From: an uncultured cyanobacterium | GTDB lineage: Bacteria > Cyanobacteriota > Cyanobacteriia > Leptolyngbyales > Leptolyngbyaceae | Length of the DNA: 16,629 nt | Assembly: GCA_963766075.1 (NCBI GenBank) | Contig: CAVYAN010000030.1 | Coordinates: 1-16,629 of the forward strand | Direction: 5' to 3' | Shown here: positions 8,701 to 16,629 of the stretch, one piece after another | Layout of the letters: each line of letters opens with the position of its first letter | How positions within the stretch are numbered: position 1 is the first letter of the stretch | Position numbers and translations under genes: made by a program | The notes under the pieces: generated by a model | What the model saw: the letters and a program-made list of their open reading frames with translations, nothing else | Told to the model about the DNA's origin: nothing | Database searches by the model: none

Positions 8701-9615
8701 ATGTTAAAGCCCTCTGCCCCCCAACCGCGAGCCCCAAGGCCGCAGAAATCCACTCAGGCAACATCAGCATTGTCTGGACCTGCGATCGCTAAATTGCCGT
8801 CGCATATCTGGGCCATGGGCATTTTATCCATGCAACTGGTGCAGCGGTACCCGGTTCCTCTCGTTGGAGCATTTTGGATCATCCTGCTGCTGATCGGCCT
8901 CGCTTCCATGGACAGTCTGGTCAGCCCCGGATTGAAGGACCACAGTGCCTCCTCCGAACAGCAGTTGAAAGGGGCTGCCCTTGACTCCCTCACCAGTGAT
9001 TCTGGGAATGCCCAACCCTCGGAGGCCATTTCGCCCCAAGTGCTCCATCAGAAAAGTCGTATTCCTCTGGGATTGTTCGGGGCGATCGTGCTGACCGGTG
9101 CCGGTAGTGCCATTCTGCTCTCCACTCAGTTACCCCGCTCAACCCCTCGCCAGCGGCAACCCCAGCGTTCTCCCCAGCCCAGGCGTGTGCCAGTGGACTC
9201 GATGCCCATGAGCTTTCCCGCCAATCCACGACAAGCTGCACCGGTACAAGCCGCACCCGTACCAGTGCCCCGCCACCCAGCGCCACCGCCAGGCCATGGG
9301 CCGGTATCAATGCCCGAACCCCAGCAATTTGCTCGTCAGCCATCCCCCCCAGTTCATCCCCGTTCTAAGAGCCATAGTCTTCATAGCCATAGTCTTCAAC
9401 CTCGGTCCAGCCCCCAACCTGCTGCGGTAAAATTGCCCAACCTAGCGGCAGCACCGTTCACCCCGGCGGCTGTCCCCACGCACATCGTCCCGACCCAGGA
9501 CCCCCACCCCCTGGATGGGCCGGAAGGGAGTCTGGTTGACGCTGTGGATCTGCGCAGGCAGCGATCGCTCCTGTCCTGGTTGAATCAGCACCCCAACCCC
9601 ACGAACGGGGGTTAG
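8701..9615 (+). CDS. Proline-rich hypothetical membrane protein with two TM segments; start uncertain
   Basis: 304-aa ORF with TM segments LVGAFWIILLLIGLA and PLGLFGAIVLTGAGSAILL, a Pro/Gln-rich tail, and C-terminal HPLDGPEGSLVDAVDLRRQRSL. Confidence 0.75.
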   Translation: MLKPSAPQPRAPRPQKSTQATSALSGPAIAKLPSHIWAMGILSMQLVQRYPVPLVGAFWIILLLIGLASMDSLVSPGLKDHSASSEQQLKGAALDSLTSDSGNAQPSEAISPQVLHQKSRIPLGLFGAIVLTGAGSAILLSTQLPRSTPRQRQPQRSPQPRRVPVDSMPMSFPANPRQAAPVQAAPVPVPRHPAPPPGHGPVSMPEPQQFARQPSPPVHPRSKSHSLHSHSLQPRSSPQPAAVKLPNLAAAPFTPAAVPTHIVPTQDPHPLDGPEGSLVDAVDLRRQRSLLSWLNQHPNPTNGG

Positions 9616-9627
9616 CCATTGAACGGC

Positions 9628-12546
9628 TTATTCCTGAAGCTGCAACGATTGCCAATCTCGAATCGCCTTCTCTGACCAGAGCCAATTCTTTTTGTCTCTG
9701 GCCAGCTCTGCGGGCGAGAAGCGCATTCCCCCTGCTGTCATCACCTGCTGACGTAAATTGCGGGCCTGAGCCATTTTTTCCGCGCGGTCAGTGGCTCCCG
9801 CCTTTTCTGCCGTCTTCACGAGCGTCAAAGCCAATCCCGCGTAGGCATTCAGTGCATCAGGAGCAGCCTCCAAGTTCTGACTCCCTGCCGGGGTGGATGC
9901 CTTCTGCACCTCCAGGGTGCGGAGCCAAGCCTTGCCCGCCCGGTCAAATTTGCCCTCCTCGTAGTAGGCAAATCCCAACGCATTTTGATAAACCGGATTC
10001 TGCGGTTCCAGGTTTGCCGCCGTCTCCCAGCGCCGTCGCGCGTCATCAACCGCATAGGTTTTATCCCCCGCGATCCAGGCTCGCCACGCCACCTGTCCCA
10101 CCAAAAAATTAATCGCCGGATTCTCCGCCTGCTTGTCCAGCACGGGGTTCAGAGCCGCATTGGCCTCCTTCAATGCGCCCCGATCCAGTAACGCTTGAAT
10201 CACGGGCTGCGCCGCCGCCACCTGTCCCTGCTCCAACAGGCGCGCCGCTGCTGCCATCGCTTGATTCGTGTCCATCTGCTGCCAATCGCCCTGCGGGGGC
10301 ACCAGGGTTGCGGGTGAGGGCACAACGCGAATGTTCAACGGGGGATTCATCTGGCTATAGGTAAACCAAGCCGTCCCAATCAGCACGGTAGCGCCCAGAA
10401 TACCGCCGCCTAGCCATCGCCACGGCCAATGGGGCACTCTAGCATCAGCCTGAACCGACAGTAGCCCTGGGCGGGGACTTCCGACAGTGGCAACTGATCC
10501 GGCTCTCGGGGTGTGCGATCGCTCCGAGCTACCCGCCGTGGCAGACCGTCCCGAGATCGGCTCTAAGACAGCCTGCTGTGCGGCCATTCCTTGGGCGTCT
10601 GTACTAACCCCGACACCCTGACGCTGTTGCGCGGCACGTAGGTTATGCTGGGCCTCCATGAAGGTCGGATTCAGGCGAACCGCCATGCTATAGGACCGTA
10701 CAGCCTCTGCTATCTGACCCTGCTGGGAAAGTACCAAGCCCACATCATTATGAACTTCTGCAAAGTGTGGGTTTAAATGGAGTGCCTGGTCATAGGCCGC
10801 GATCGCCTCTGATAAATGTCCCTGGGCCGCTAAAACCTGGCCTAATCGCCGATAGGCCCCAGCGTCACTGGGATCGCTCTGGGTCGCCTGGATACACGCC
10901 GCGATCGCATGGGTCAACCGATTCGTATCGGCCAACATGCCTTCCAGCTCAGAAAATGAGGCCGCTTCCGTCCCTTCCATACCGCTTGGATTCCCAGCCT
11001 TGCCCGACGTCCCACGCAACGCCCCCTTGCCAGACAGCAACGCGGGCATATCAGGAAGCAGGTCCTCATCCAAAGAGGCGGGTGAAAACGGGTCCTCACC
11101 CGCCCGCTTACTCCCTTGGGATAATTGCTCGACTAACCGAGCCACAGGCGGCGTCAGGCCGGAAGCCATCTCACGAGGCGGGCTAGGGGCCAACTCAGGC
11201 CCTGGCAGGTCAACGGTGTCTAAATCATCCGGTTCTAAGTCATGGCTATCGGAATAGCTCACGGCATCAAAGGGATTCTCTTGTTCCAAGGAAAAGTTCA
11301 CCCCTTTTCCCACAACTTCCCCAGCCGACTCTGCACTCCCAGACGCCTGGGTCCAGGCTTCCTCCACCTCCGCGGCTAAAGGCTGCAGAAAGCCGTTGAA
11401 TTCTGGGTGCATGTAGAGCGTCGGCAGCGCCCAATACAACTGATGGGACCCGTAGATCGACACCAAACCCTGGCGGGCCCGATTCAGGCTCAAATCTACC
11501 GGATAGGCCCGCCGCAAATTGCGATAGAACAACCGACTTAAATTGAGGGCGACATCATCCGGAATTCGTTCTGCCATGGCTAAAACTGCCGGAATTCCCC
11601 GTTTGACTAAGGCCTCAGCCAGATTTCCTTCTCCCAGATTTCCGCCCGGGTTGGGGGATGCCGTGGCCGTGTATACCCCCCGGCAAGAATTAAACACGGC
11701 CATCCGAATGCCGTTATTCACCAGCAATCCTGCTAGATCATCCCCCGTTAGGGTTTCCGTCAATCCTGTCGTGCGGCTGACTAAGTAAAGACTGCCCCCT
11801 GCTGCGCCGATGTTGCTGTGGCCCGCATAGTGCAAAACCTGGTACTGCTGATGTTCCAGTGCTTGGGTTAACTGGGCGCGATCGGGCTGGTCGAGAATCT
11901 CCACTTTAATATCGGGAATCTGCCCACCCCGGCGGTCAATTGTACTTTCCAGTTCGTATTTAAGATCCTTAGCCTCCTGCCGCAACGCCAACCGTTCCTG
12001 ATCCGAGGGGGCTGCTAATACCATTAGAATTCGCAGCGGTTCATCGATCTCAACGAAGGGGGACGGCATTAAAGGCGCACATTTCGTGTGATAGCGCGAG
12101 AAGGCCACATCGGTGCCCGTAGCCAAGGGGCGATCGCCCGCATGTAAAACTTCCCACGGCAAGCAGGGCAGCCGCAGATCCTTCAGCCCTAAGCGCAACC
12201 GCAACACCTCGCGCCGATGCTGAGCAATCCCCTGAGCTCGCATCCAGCTATCCCGCAACATGCCCTGAAACAGCGCATTATAAAGATTCTGCCCAAATTC
12301 CACCAAGCTGACAGCCCCTTCACCAGAACCGGCATCTCCCACTGCCCGCAGGTGCGCCGCCATGCCATCGCCCCGTAGCACCCCCAGCAGTGGATCATGC
12401 ATCAGCACACTGGCCTGTGCCAGCCATTCTTCAACCGGCCAACACACCCGCTCTTCAGCCGCCGTTACATCAGGCGTCCACTCCGTCCGGACCAAATACT
12501 CATCGCCACCAATCGGCGTGACAGAAATATTAAATTCCTGGGTCAC
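9628..12546 (-). CDS. hetF: HetF-like CHAT (caspase-HetF) protease with TPRs and one TM helix
   Basis: N-terminus (M)TQEFNISVTPIGGDEYLVRTE matches the HetF start as I recall it. GTG at 12546 has GGAGG upstream. Catalytic LHYAGHS (His 11818-11820) and VFNSC (Cys 11683-11685). TPRs lie on both sides of TM WLGGGILGATVLIGTAWF. Confidence 0.85.
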   Translation of the reverse strand: MTQEFNISVTPIGGDEYLVRTEWTPDVTAAEERVCWPVEEWLAQASVLMHDPLLGVLRGDGMAAHLRAVGDAGSGEGAVSLVEFGQNLYNALFQGMLRDSWMRAQGIAQHRREVLRLRLGLKDLRLPCLPWEVLHAGDRPLATGTDVAFSRYHTKCAPLMPSPFVEIDEPLRILMVLAAPSDQERLALRQEAKDLKYELESTIDRRGGQIPDIKVEILDQPDRAQLTQALEHQQYQVLHYAGHSNIGAAGGSLYLVSRTTGLTETLTGDDLAGLLVNNGIRMAVFNSCRGVYTATASPNPGGNLGEGNLAEALVKRGIPAVLAMAERIPDDVALNLSRLFYRNLRRAYPVDLSLNRARQGLVSIYGSHQLYWALPTLYMHPEFNGFLQPLAAEVEEAWTQASGSAESAGEVVGKGVNFSLEQENPFDAVSYSDSHDLEPDDLDTVDLPGPELAPSPPREMASGLTPPVARLVEQLSQGSKRAGEDPFSPASLDEDLLPDMPALLSGKGALRGTSGKAGNPSGMEGTEAASFSELEGMLADTNRLTHAIAACIQATQSDPSDAGAYRRLGQVLAAQGHLSEAIAAYDQALHLNPHFAEVHNDVGLVLSQQGQIAEAVRSYSMAVRLNPTFMEAQHNLRAAQQRQGVGVSTDAQGMAAQQAVLEPISGRSATAGSSERSHTPRAGSVATVGSPRPGLLSVQADARVPHWPWRWLGGGILGATVLIGTAWFTYSQMNPPLNIRVVPSPATLVPPQGDWQQMDTNQAMAAAARLLEQGQVAAAQPVIQALLDRGALKEANAALNPVLDKQAENPAINFLVGQVAWRAWIAGDKTYAVDDARRRWETAANLEPQNPVYQNALGFAYYEEGKFDRAGKAWLRTLEVQKASTPAGSQNLEAAPDALNAYAGLALTLVKTAEKAGATDRAEKMAQARNLRQQVMTAGGMRFSPAELARDKKNWLWSEKAIRDWQSLQLQE

Positions 12547-13029
12547 TGCTACCCCTCCCAGCACAATGCTGACGCTTTCCCTGCAACCGCAATCTACGGT
12601 TTTGCTCTCACTGCTTTGCCACGGCCATACTCCGAGGCTCTGGACCGTTCCCTCACTCTGCCTAAAAGACTCCTCCAGTCTAACCATCAGGCCGGGATAT
12701 TTCAGGGCCAAACCTTGACAATGCAGACTTGATGCTCCAAAAGCTCATGTCTCCACAGAACGATGCCACCCCATGCCCTAACCATCACTGATGCAAACAT
12801 CCAAACTTCACATATTCACACTGAATCATGACATGGGACGATCAGGGCTGGGGGTAAACCCCTACAACGTTACTGAAGCTTTAAGCAGTCAGGCAGTCAG
12901 CTTACGTAGCATTACTGAATCTTTACCAAAATGGGCCTGTTAGGTTCACTCGGACGCTTTTCTATTTCACAGAAAAAAGAATATCCCGTTATCCTCCGCC
13001 CATGCGCTTCGTCTCCGCCCCGCCAGCCA

Positions 13030-13067
13030 GAGATTGCTCCCTGAGCGAAGTTGAAAGGAACAACCTC
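13030..13067 (+). repeat. Degenerate copy of the hairpin dispersed repeat
   Basis: GAGATTGCTCCCT-GAGCGAAGTTGA-AAGGAACAACCTC. The left arm matches 4598-4609 and the right arm has 3 mismatches. Confidence 0.8.
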
Positions 13068-13105
13068 GGTCGGTAAATTCCCTCTGGAAATCGCCCCAGT
13101 GACCG

Positions 13106-13324
13106 CTAAGTCACCACTTCAAACCCTTGCACCTCCAAGACAGGACCAATCATCGCGATTGTGGCAATATCCTCCCGAATGGTACCGGACACTCGGACCT
13201 GCAACCCAGCTTTGTGAAGGTCCTTAGGCGCTTGGTAGAGTTCATAGGTCTCGCCTGTGCCCGTGACCAATGCCCAAGTCCCCGAACCAAACCCCTGCCG
13301 TTCAATTGTTCCTGTAACCTGCAT
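13106..13324 (-). CDS. Small beta-rich hypothetical protein (72 aa), probably co-transcribed with the S8 protease
   Basis: ATG start 43 bp after the protease stop, same strand, purine-rich upstream sequence. Protein-like pattern VTGTIERQGFGSGTWAL...YEL...GLQVRVSG...GPVLEV. Confidence 0.8.
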   Translation of the reverse strand: MQVTGTIERQGFGSGTWALVTGTGETYELYQAPKDLHKAGLQVRVSGTIREDIATIAMIGPVLEVQGFEVVT

Positions 13325-13367
13325 ACCTATGGCTTCCCTTAATTACTGGCACATCAACACTGGCACA

Positions 13368-15152
13368 TCAACTCATTTGTCCGCCTGGTTTAACAGCAAG
13401 ACGGGCTAGAGCAAAGCAAAGCAAAGCATTACCCATCAGGAAGAAGCGGGCAATCGCCGCATTTCCTAGGCCCATCACCTCAGGGCTAACCACCGCACTC
13501 ACCGCCAAACAGGCCGCGACCCCTAAGGTAGTCCCAATGGCAAACCACTTCCAGGAGGCATGTCCCAACAGCAGCACCAACAGCACTCCAGGCACCAGCA
13601 CACTGGCCGTCAGGGGATTGAGTGCTGCCCCTCCCTGCGCCGCATTGCCCAACTCTGGAATCGAGCTACCCAAGATCCGGAAGGGCCACTGGGGCGCATC
13701 AAACAGATAAAATCCCTTCAAGAAAAATAGTCCAGAACTGCCTGTCACTAGCCCCGTTGTCAGCGACCAACTCCAGGCAAAGGGAAAGAAATTGCGCAGC
13801 AAAAACGCCAGCAGGTAAGACCCCACAACCATTGCCAGTTTCGGCCATAGCGCAATCACCCCCCCATCCACCCAAAACCGAGGATTGAGGTAGCCGTTAT
13901 CCCGCAGCCAACGGAAGAAATCTTTGAACGTAATTTTGCCCTGCGTCGCCAGTTTGACCGCAGCCCCGGCATCCAGCTTGCCTGCCCCAAAGTGATTCAG
14001 GACATCATCTTTGACCGGCAACGCCGATTGCTTTAGCACCTTAGCAATTTCATCCGGATTTTCAATGCCACTGGCCCGCACCAATGCCGCCACCGCCGCT
14101 ACATGGGGAGCCGCCATACTGGTGCCCTGGAAAAACTCAAAGATGGATTCTCCCGTGTCGGGATTAATCGTGTTTTGCAAAATGCCACCGGTGCGATCGC
14201 TCCCCTGAATCGCTCCCCCCGGCGCTGAAATATCCACCCCTGCCCCAAAATTGGAATAAGGTGCTTTACTGCCCGCAGCATCCAGGGCAGACACGCCAAT
14301 CACATGGGGATATCGGGCCGGATAGGATGCCGCATTTTGCCCCGCATTCCCCGCCGCCGCAATCACCACCACCCCTTTGCGATGGGCGTAGTCCACGGCT
14401 TCCTGCATCAGGTGGCTTTCCCCGCCGCCCCCTAGACTTAAGTTAATCACCTGTGCTTCATGATCCGCCGCAAACCGGATCGCTTCGGCAATGTCTGCCA
14501 CCGTGCCGCCGCCCGTAGCGGCTAAAACCTTGAGCGGCATCAGACTGGCTTCGTAGGCAATCCCCGCCACACCCAAACTATTATTGGTAGTCTGCGCAAT
14601 TGTGCCCGCCACATGAGTCCCATGCCCATTATCGTCTCGGGCGTCGCTGCGGTCATTGACAAAATCGTAGCCCGCGACAAATTTAGTTTTTTCCAGATCT
14701 GGCACAAGGCTAATTCCCGTATCAATCACCGCCACGGTGACCCCATTCCCCTTGGTTTCCTCCCAGGCCGCTTCGACATTGATACTCCGCAAGTTCCATT
14801 GCTTGCCATAGTCCGGATCATTGGGAACCAGAGAAGTACTGTAGATGTAGTTTGGCTCCAGAAATTCCAAAGACTTAGGCAGGTCAGATTTTTGCAGTTG
14901 CCCTAAGAGTTGGCGATCGCCGGGGACCACAAACACATGATCCGCAAAGGAGAATTCACTGTTCAGGTGAGGGACAACCTTATATTGCTTCGCGATCGCC
15001 TGCACCTGACGCTCGATCTGCGCGGCCCCCAAATCCTCTCGAAAGTCCAACACAATCGAGTCATAGGTCCCCTGTGCCGCTAACCCACTAAAGCCAGCAG
15101 CAGCCCAGCCAAAACCGATCAGGAATAATACAAGCAGGAATAGCCTACGCAT
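13368..15152 (-). CDS. S8 (subtilisin-like) serine protease with N-terminal signal/prodomain and multi-TM C-terminal domain (DUF5942-like); the ORF could start at 15188
   Basis: Catalytic triad VAVIDTG, HGTHVAG, GTSMAAPHV, oxyanion AAAGN. Signal MRRLFLLVLFLIGFG and several hydrophobic C-terminal helices. Confidence 0.95.
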   Translation of the reverse strand: MRRLFLLVLFLIGFGWAAAGFSGLAAQGTYDSIVLDFREDLGAAQIERQVQAIAKQYKVVPHLNSEFSFADHVFVVPGDRQLLGQLQKSDLPKSLEFLEPNYIYSTSLVPNDPDYGKQWNLRSINVEAAWEETKGNGVTVAVIDTGISLVPDLEKTKFVAGYDFVNDRSDARDDNGHGTHVAGTIAQTTNNSLGVAGIAYEASLMPLKVLAATGGGTVADIAEAIRFAADHEAQVINLSLGGGGESHLMQEAVDYAHRKGVVVIAAAGNAGQNAASYPARYPHVIGVSALDAAGSKAPYSNFGAGVDISAPGGAIQGSDRTGGILQNTINPDTGESIFEFFQGTSMAAPHVAAVAALVRASGIENPDEIAKVLKQSALPVKDDVLNHFGAGKLDAGAAVKLATQGKITFKDFFRWLRDNGYLNPRFWVDGGVIALWPKLAMVVGSYLLAFLLRNFFPFAWSWSLTTGLVTGSSGLFFLKGFYLFDAPQWPFRILGSSIPELGNAAQGGAALNPLTASVLVPGVLLVLLLGHASWKWFAIGTTLGVAACLAVSAVVSPEVMGLGNAAIARFFLMGNALLCFALARLAVKPGGQMS

Positions 15153-15325
15153 AGCCCGTTTATTGATCGTGAAGAGTCCCACCACCATAGCTCATGGCTC
15201 ACCGGAATGGGGCACGCGACAGACGGAAAGGATGAAAACATTATGCGTCAATGCGGGAGCCGCTACCCCGACGCTGCATCCGTAATCCCACGCGACTTTA
15301 GGGCTGTAAAAGTCGGATATCTGAG

Positions 15326-15334
15326 AGTATCCCC
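15326..15334 (-). promoter_or_regulatory. Possible SigJ/SigF-type extended -10 element upstream of the S8 protease
   Basis: Minus strand GGGGATACT resembles the GGGAATACT consensus of cyanobacterial SigJ promoters and lies about 175 bp upstream of the start. It is short enough to be chance. Confidence 0.25.
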
Positions 15335-15603
15335 GTGAAATTCGCAGTTCATCCCCTCATCTACTAGTGGCTACGGTGATAATTGAGGTCCTAGAACCTA
15401 TACTTTTAATCAAGACCGAATCCTCCCTGAATTTCTGACAGGGCTCTGGTTCAGGTTTAATCTTCACGATAAATCTGACTCTGCGTGGTGCATTTAGCCA
15501 ATGGGGCCAGATTTACTGATTAGACCAAATTGGCCCAGGTTTGCTGATTGCGTGTTGTCCGCGCTCAGGCTCTATATGCTCAGGAAGCGTTTTTGTGGAA
15601 CTG

Positions 15604-16629
15604 ATGCACGACTATCCCAAAGCCCTTGCCACGGTTATCCATCTCACCCTGGATAATCGCGGGCACATTTTGGCGGCAAATGCAGCAGCCGTTCACTGTC
15701 TCGGCTATACTGCGCAGGCGTTAATCGGACTTTCCCTCTTTCAATTTTGTGATCCTGACCAGCACGCCGCTACCAAGGCGGATATAACAGCATTACTTAA
15801 ACAACCCAGCCGCAGTCTCAGCCAGAGAATTGAGCTTGATCCACGCCAATGGTGACCTGGTAAGGTTTCAGATCACGGCCCAAGCGTTGCAGGGGGAAAG
15901 TGGCCAGCCGATCTTGCTAATCAGCGGAGAGACGGGGCTGTCTCCGACCCTGTTGTCTACCCATCTCTCTCTACAACCGCCTGATTCGCAGTCTGACTTC
16001 TATGGACAATCTGACGTTTATGGCCAGATTCAGCGCCTCAATGCTGAGCTAGAGCGGCAGGTGCAAGAGCGGACCGAGGAACTGCAACTCGCCTTTGAGT
16101 TTGAGGCCACCCTAAAACGGATTACCGATCGCGTCCGCGACAGTCTGGATGAGGATCAGATTTTGCAAACGGCGGTGCGCGAGTTGGCCCTGGCATTGGG
16201 GGTAACAGGCTGTAATGCAGCGGTCTACGACTTAGATCACCGCACCTCCACGGTGCGCTATGAGTACACCGTTTCCCTGGCACTCCAAGGGCGTGTTCTG
16301 CAAATGGACAACTTTGCCGCGGGCTATAACCAGTTGCTGCAAGGCCAGTTCTTTCAATTTTGCTCCTTAACCCCCAACCCAGACCGGGGACAGGGCGTGA
16401 TGATTGCCTGTCCCATTCTGGATGATCAGGGTGTTTTAGGCGATTTGTGGTTGACCAGTCGCGAGACGGAGGAATTCAGCGATCAGGATATTCGCCTAGT
16501 ACAGCAAGTGGCCAATCAGTGCGCGATCGCCCTGCGGCAAGCCCGCCTCTATCAAAAAGCCCAGGCTCAGGTTGAAGAACTGGAAAAGCTCAATCGCTTA
16601 AAGGATGACTTTCTGAGCACGGTGTCCCA
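15604..16629 (+). pseudogene. PAS-GAF sensor histidine kinase interrupted by a +1 frameshift near 15786-15787 (real lesion or sequencing error); 3'-truncated by the window
   Basis: The first frame encodes the PAS N-half (TLDNRGHILAAN...LGYTAQALIG) and stops at 15855. The +1 frame, open from 15788 to the end, encodes the rest of PAS/PAC, a coiled coil, GAF and the start of HisKA. The start could be 15541, 15595 or 15604. Confidence 0.75.
15788..16629 (+). CDS. Downstream open frame of the kinase (PAC, coiled coil, GAF, HisKA start); missing from the ORF track because it has no stop in the window
   Basis: Manual translation gives QHYLNNPAAVSARELSLIHANGDLVRF...RLNAELERQVQERT...ITDRVRDSLDEDQILQTAVREL...ACPILDDQGVLGDLWL...VANQCAIALRQARLYQKAQAQVEELEKLNRLKDDFLSTVS. 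Confidence 0.88.

Noticed and set aside
12547..12711. 55-aa N-terminal extension of HetF in the ORF track
   Set aside because: Family similarity begins at VTQEF, and GTG 12546 has a good GGAGG ribosome-binding site.
12850..12925. NtcA box upstream of hetF
   Set aside because: GTA...TAC pairs have the wrong spacing (for example N6 rather than N8).

Overview
Cyanobacterial chromosomal window: more than 20 HIP1 octamers (GCGATCGC) and a cyanobacterial-type gene set. In order it holds the 5' end of a tRNA (probably Phe) with its promoter, a sensor-less histidine kinase with an atypical H-box, ppx/gppA, a SIMPL (DUF541) protein, a secreted choice-of-anchor-K-like protein with no sorting tail, a DUF6816-like protein, an aldo/keto reductase, a MAPEG protein, a Pro-rich two-TM protein, a HetF-like CHAT/TPR protease, a 72-aa protein, a membrane-anchored S8 protease, and a PAS-GAF histidine kinase split by a +1 frameshift that runs off the right edge. 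No transposase, integrase, CRISPR array or defence system was seen. The most unusual signals are non-coding: a dispersed 12-nt core (GAGCGGAGTCGA) set inside variable inverted-repeat arms (5 copies, 2 with a second module), HIP1-centred hairpins, and many 13-19 bp tandem duplications. All family assignments come from motif recognition by eye, not database searches.
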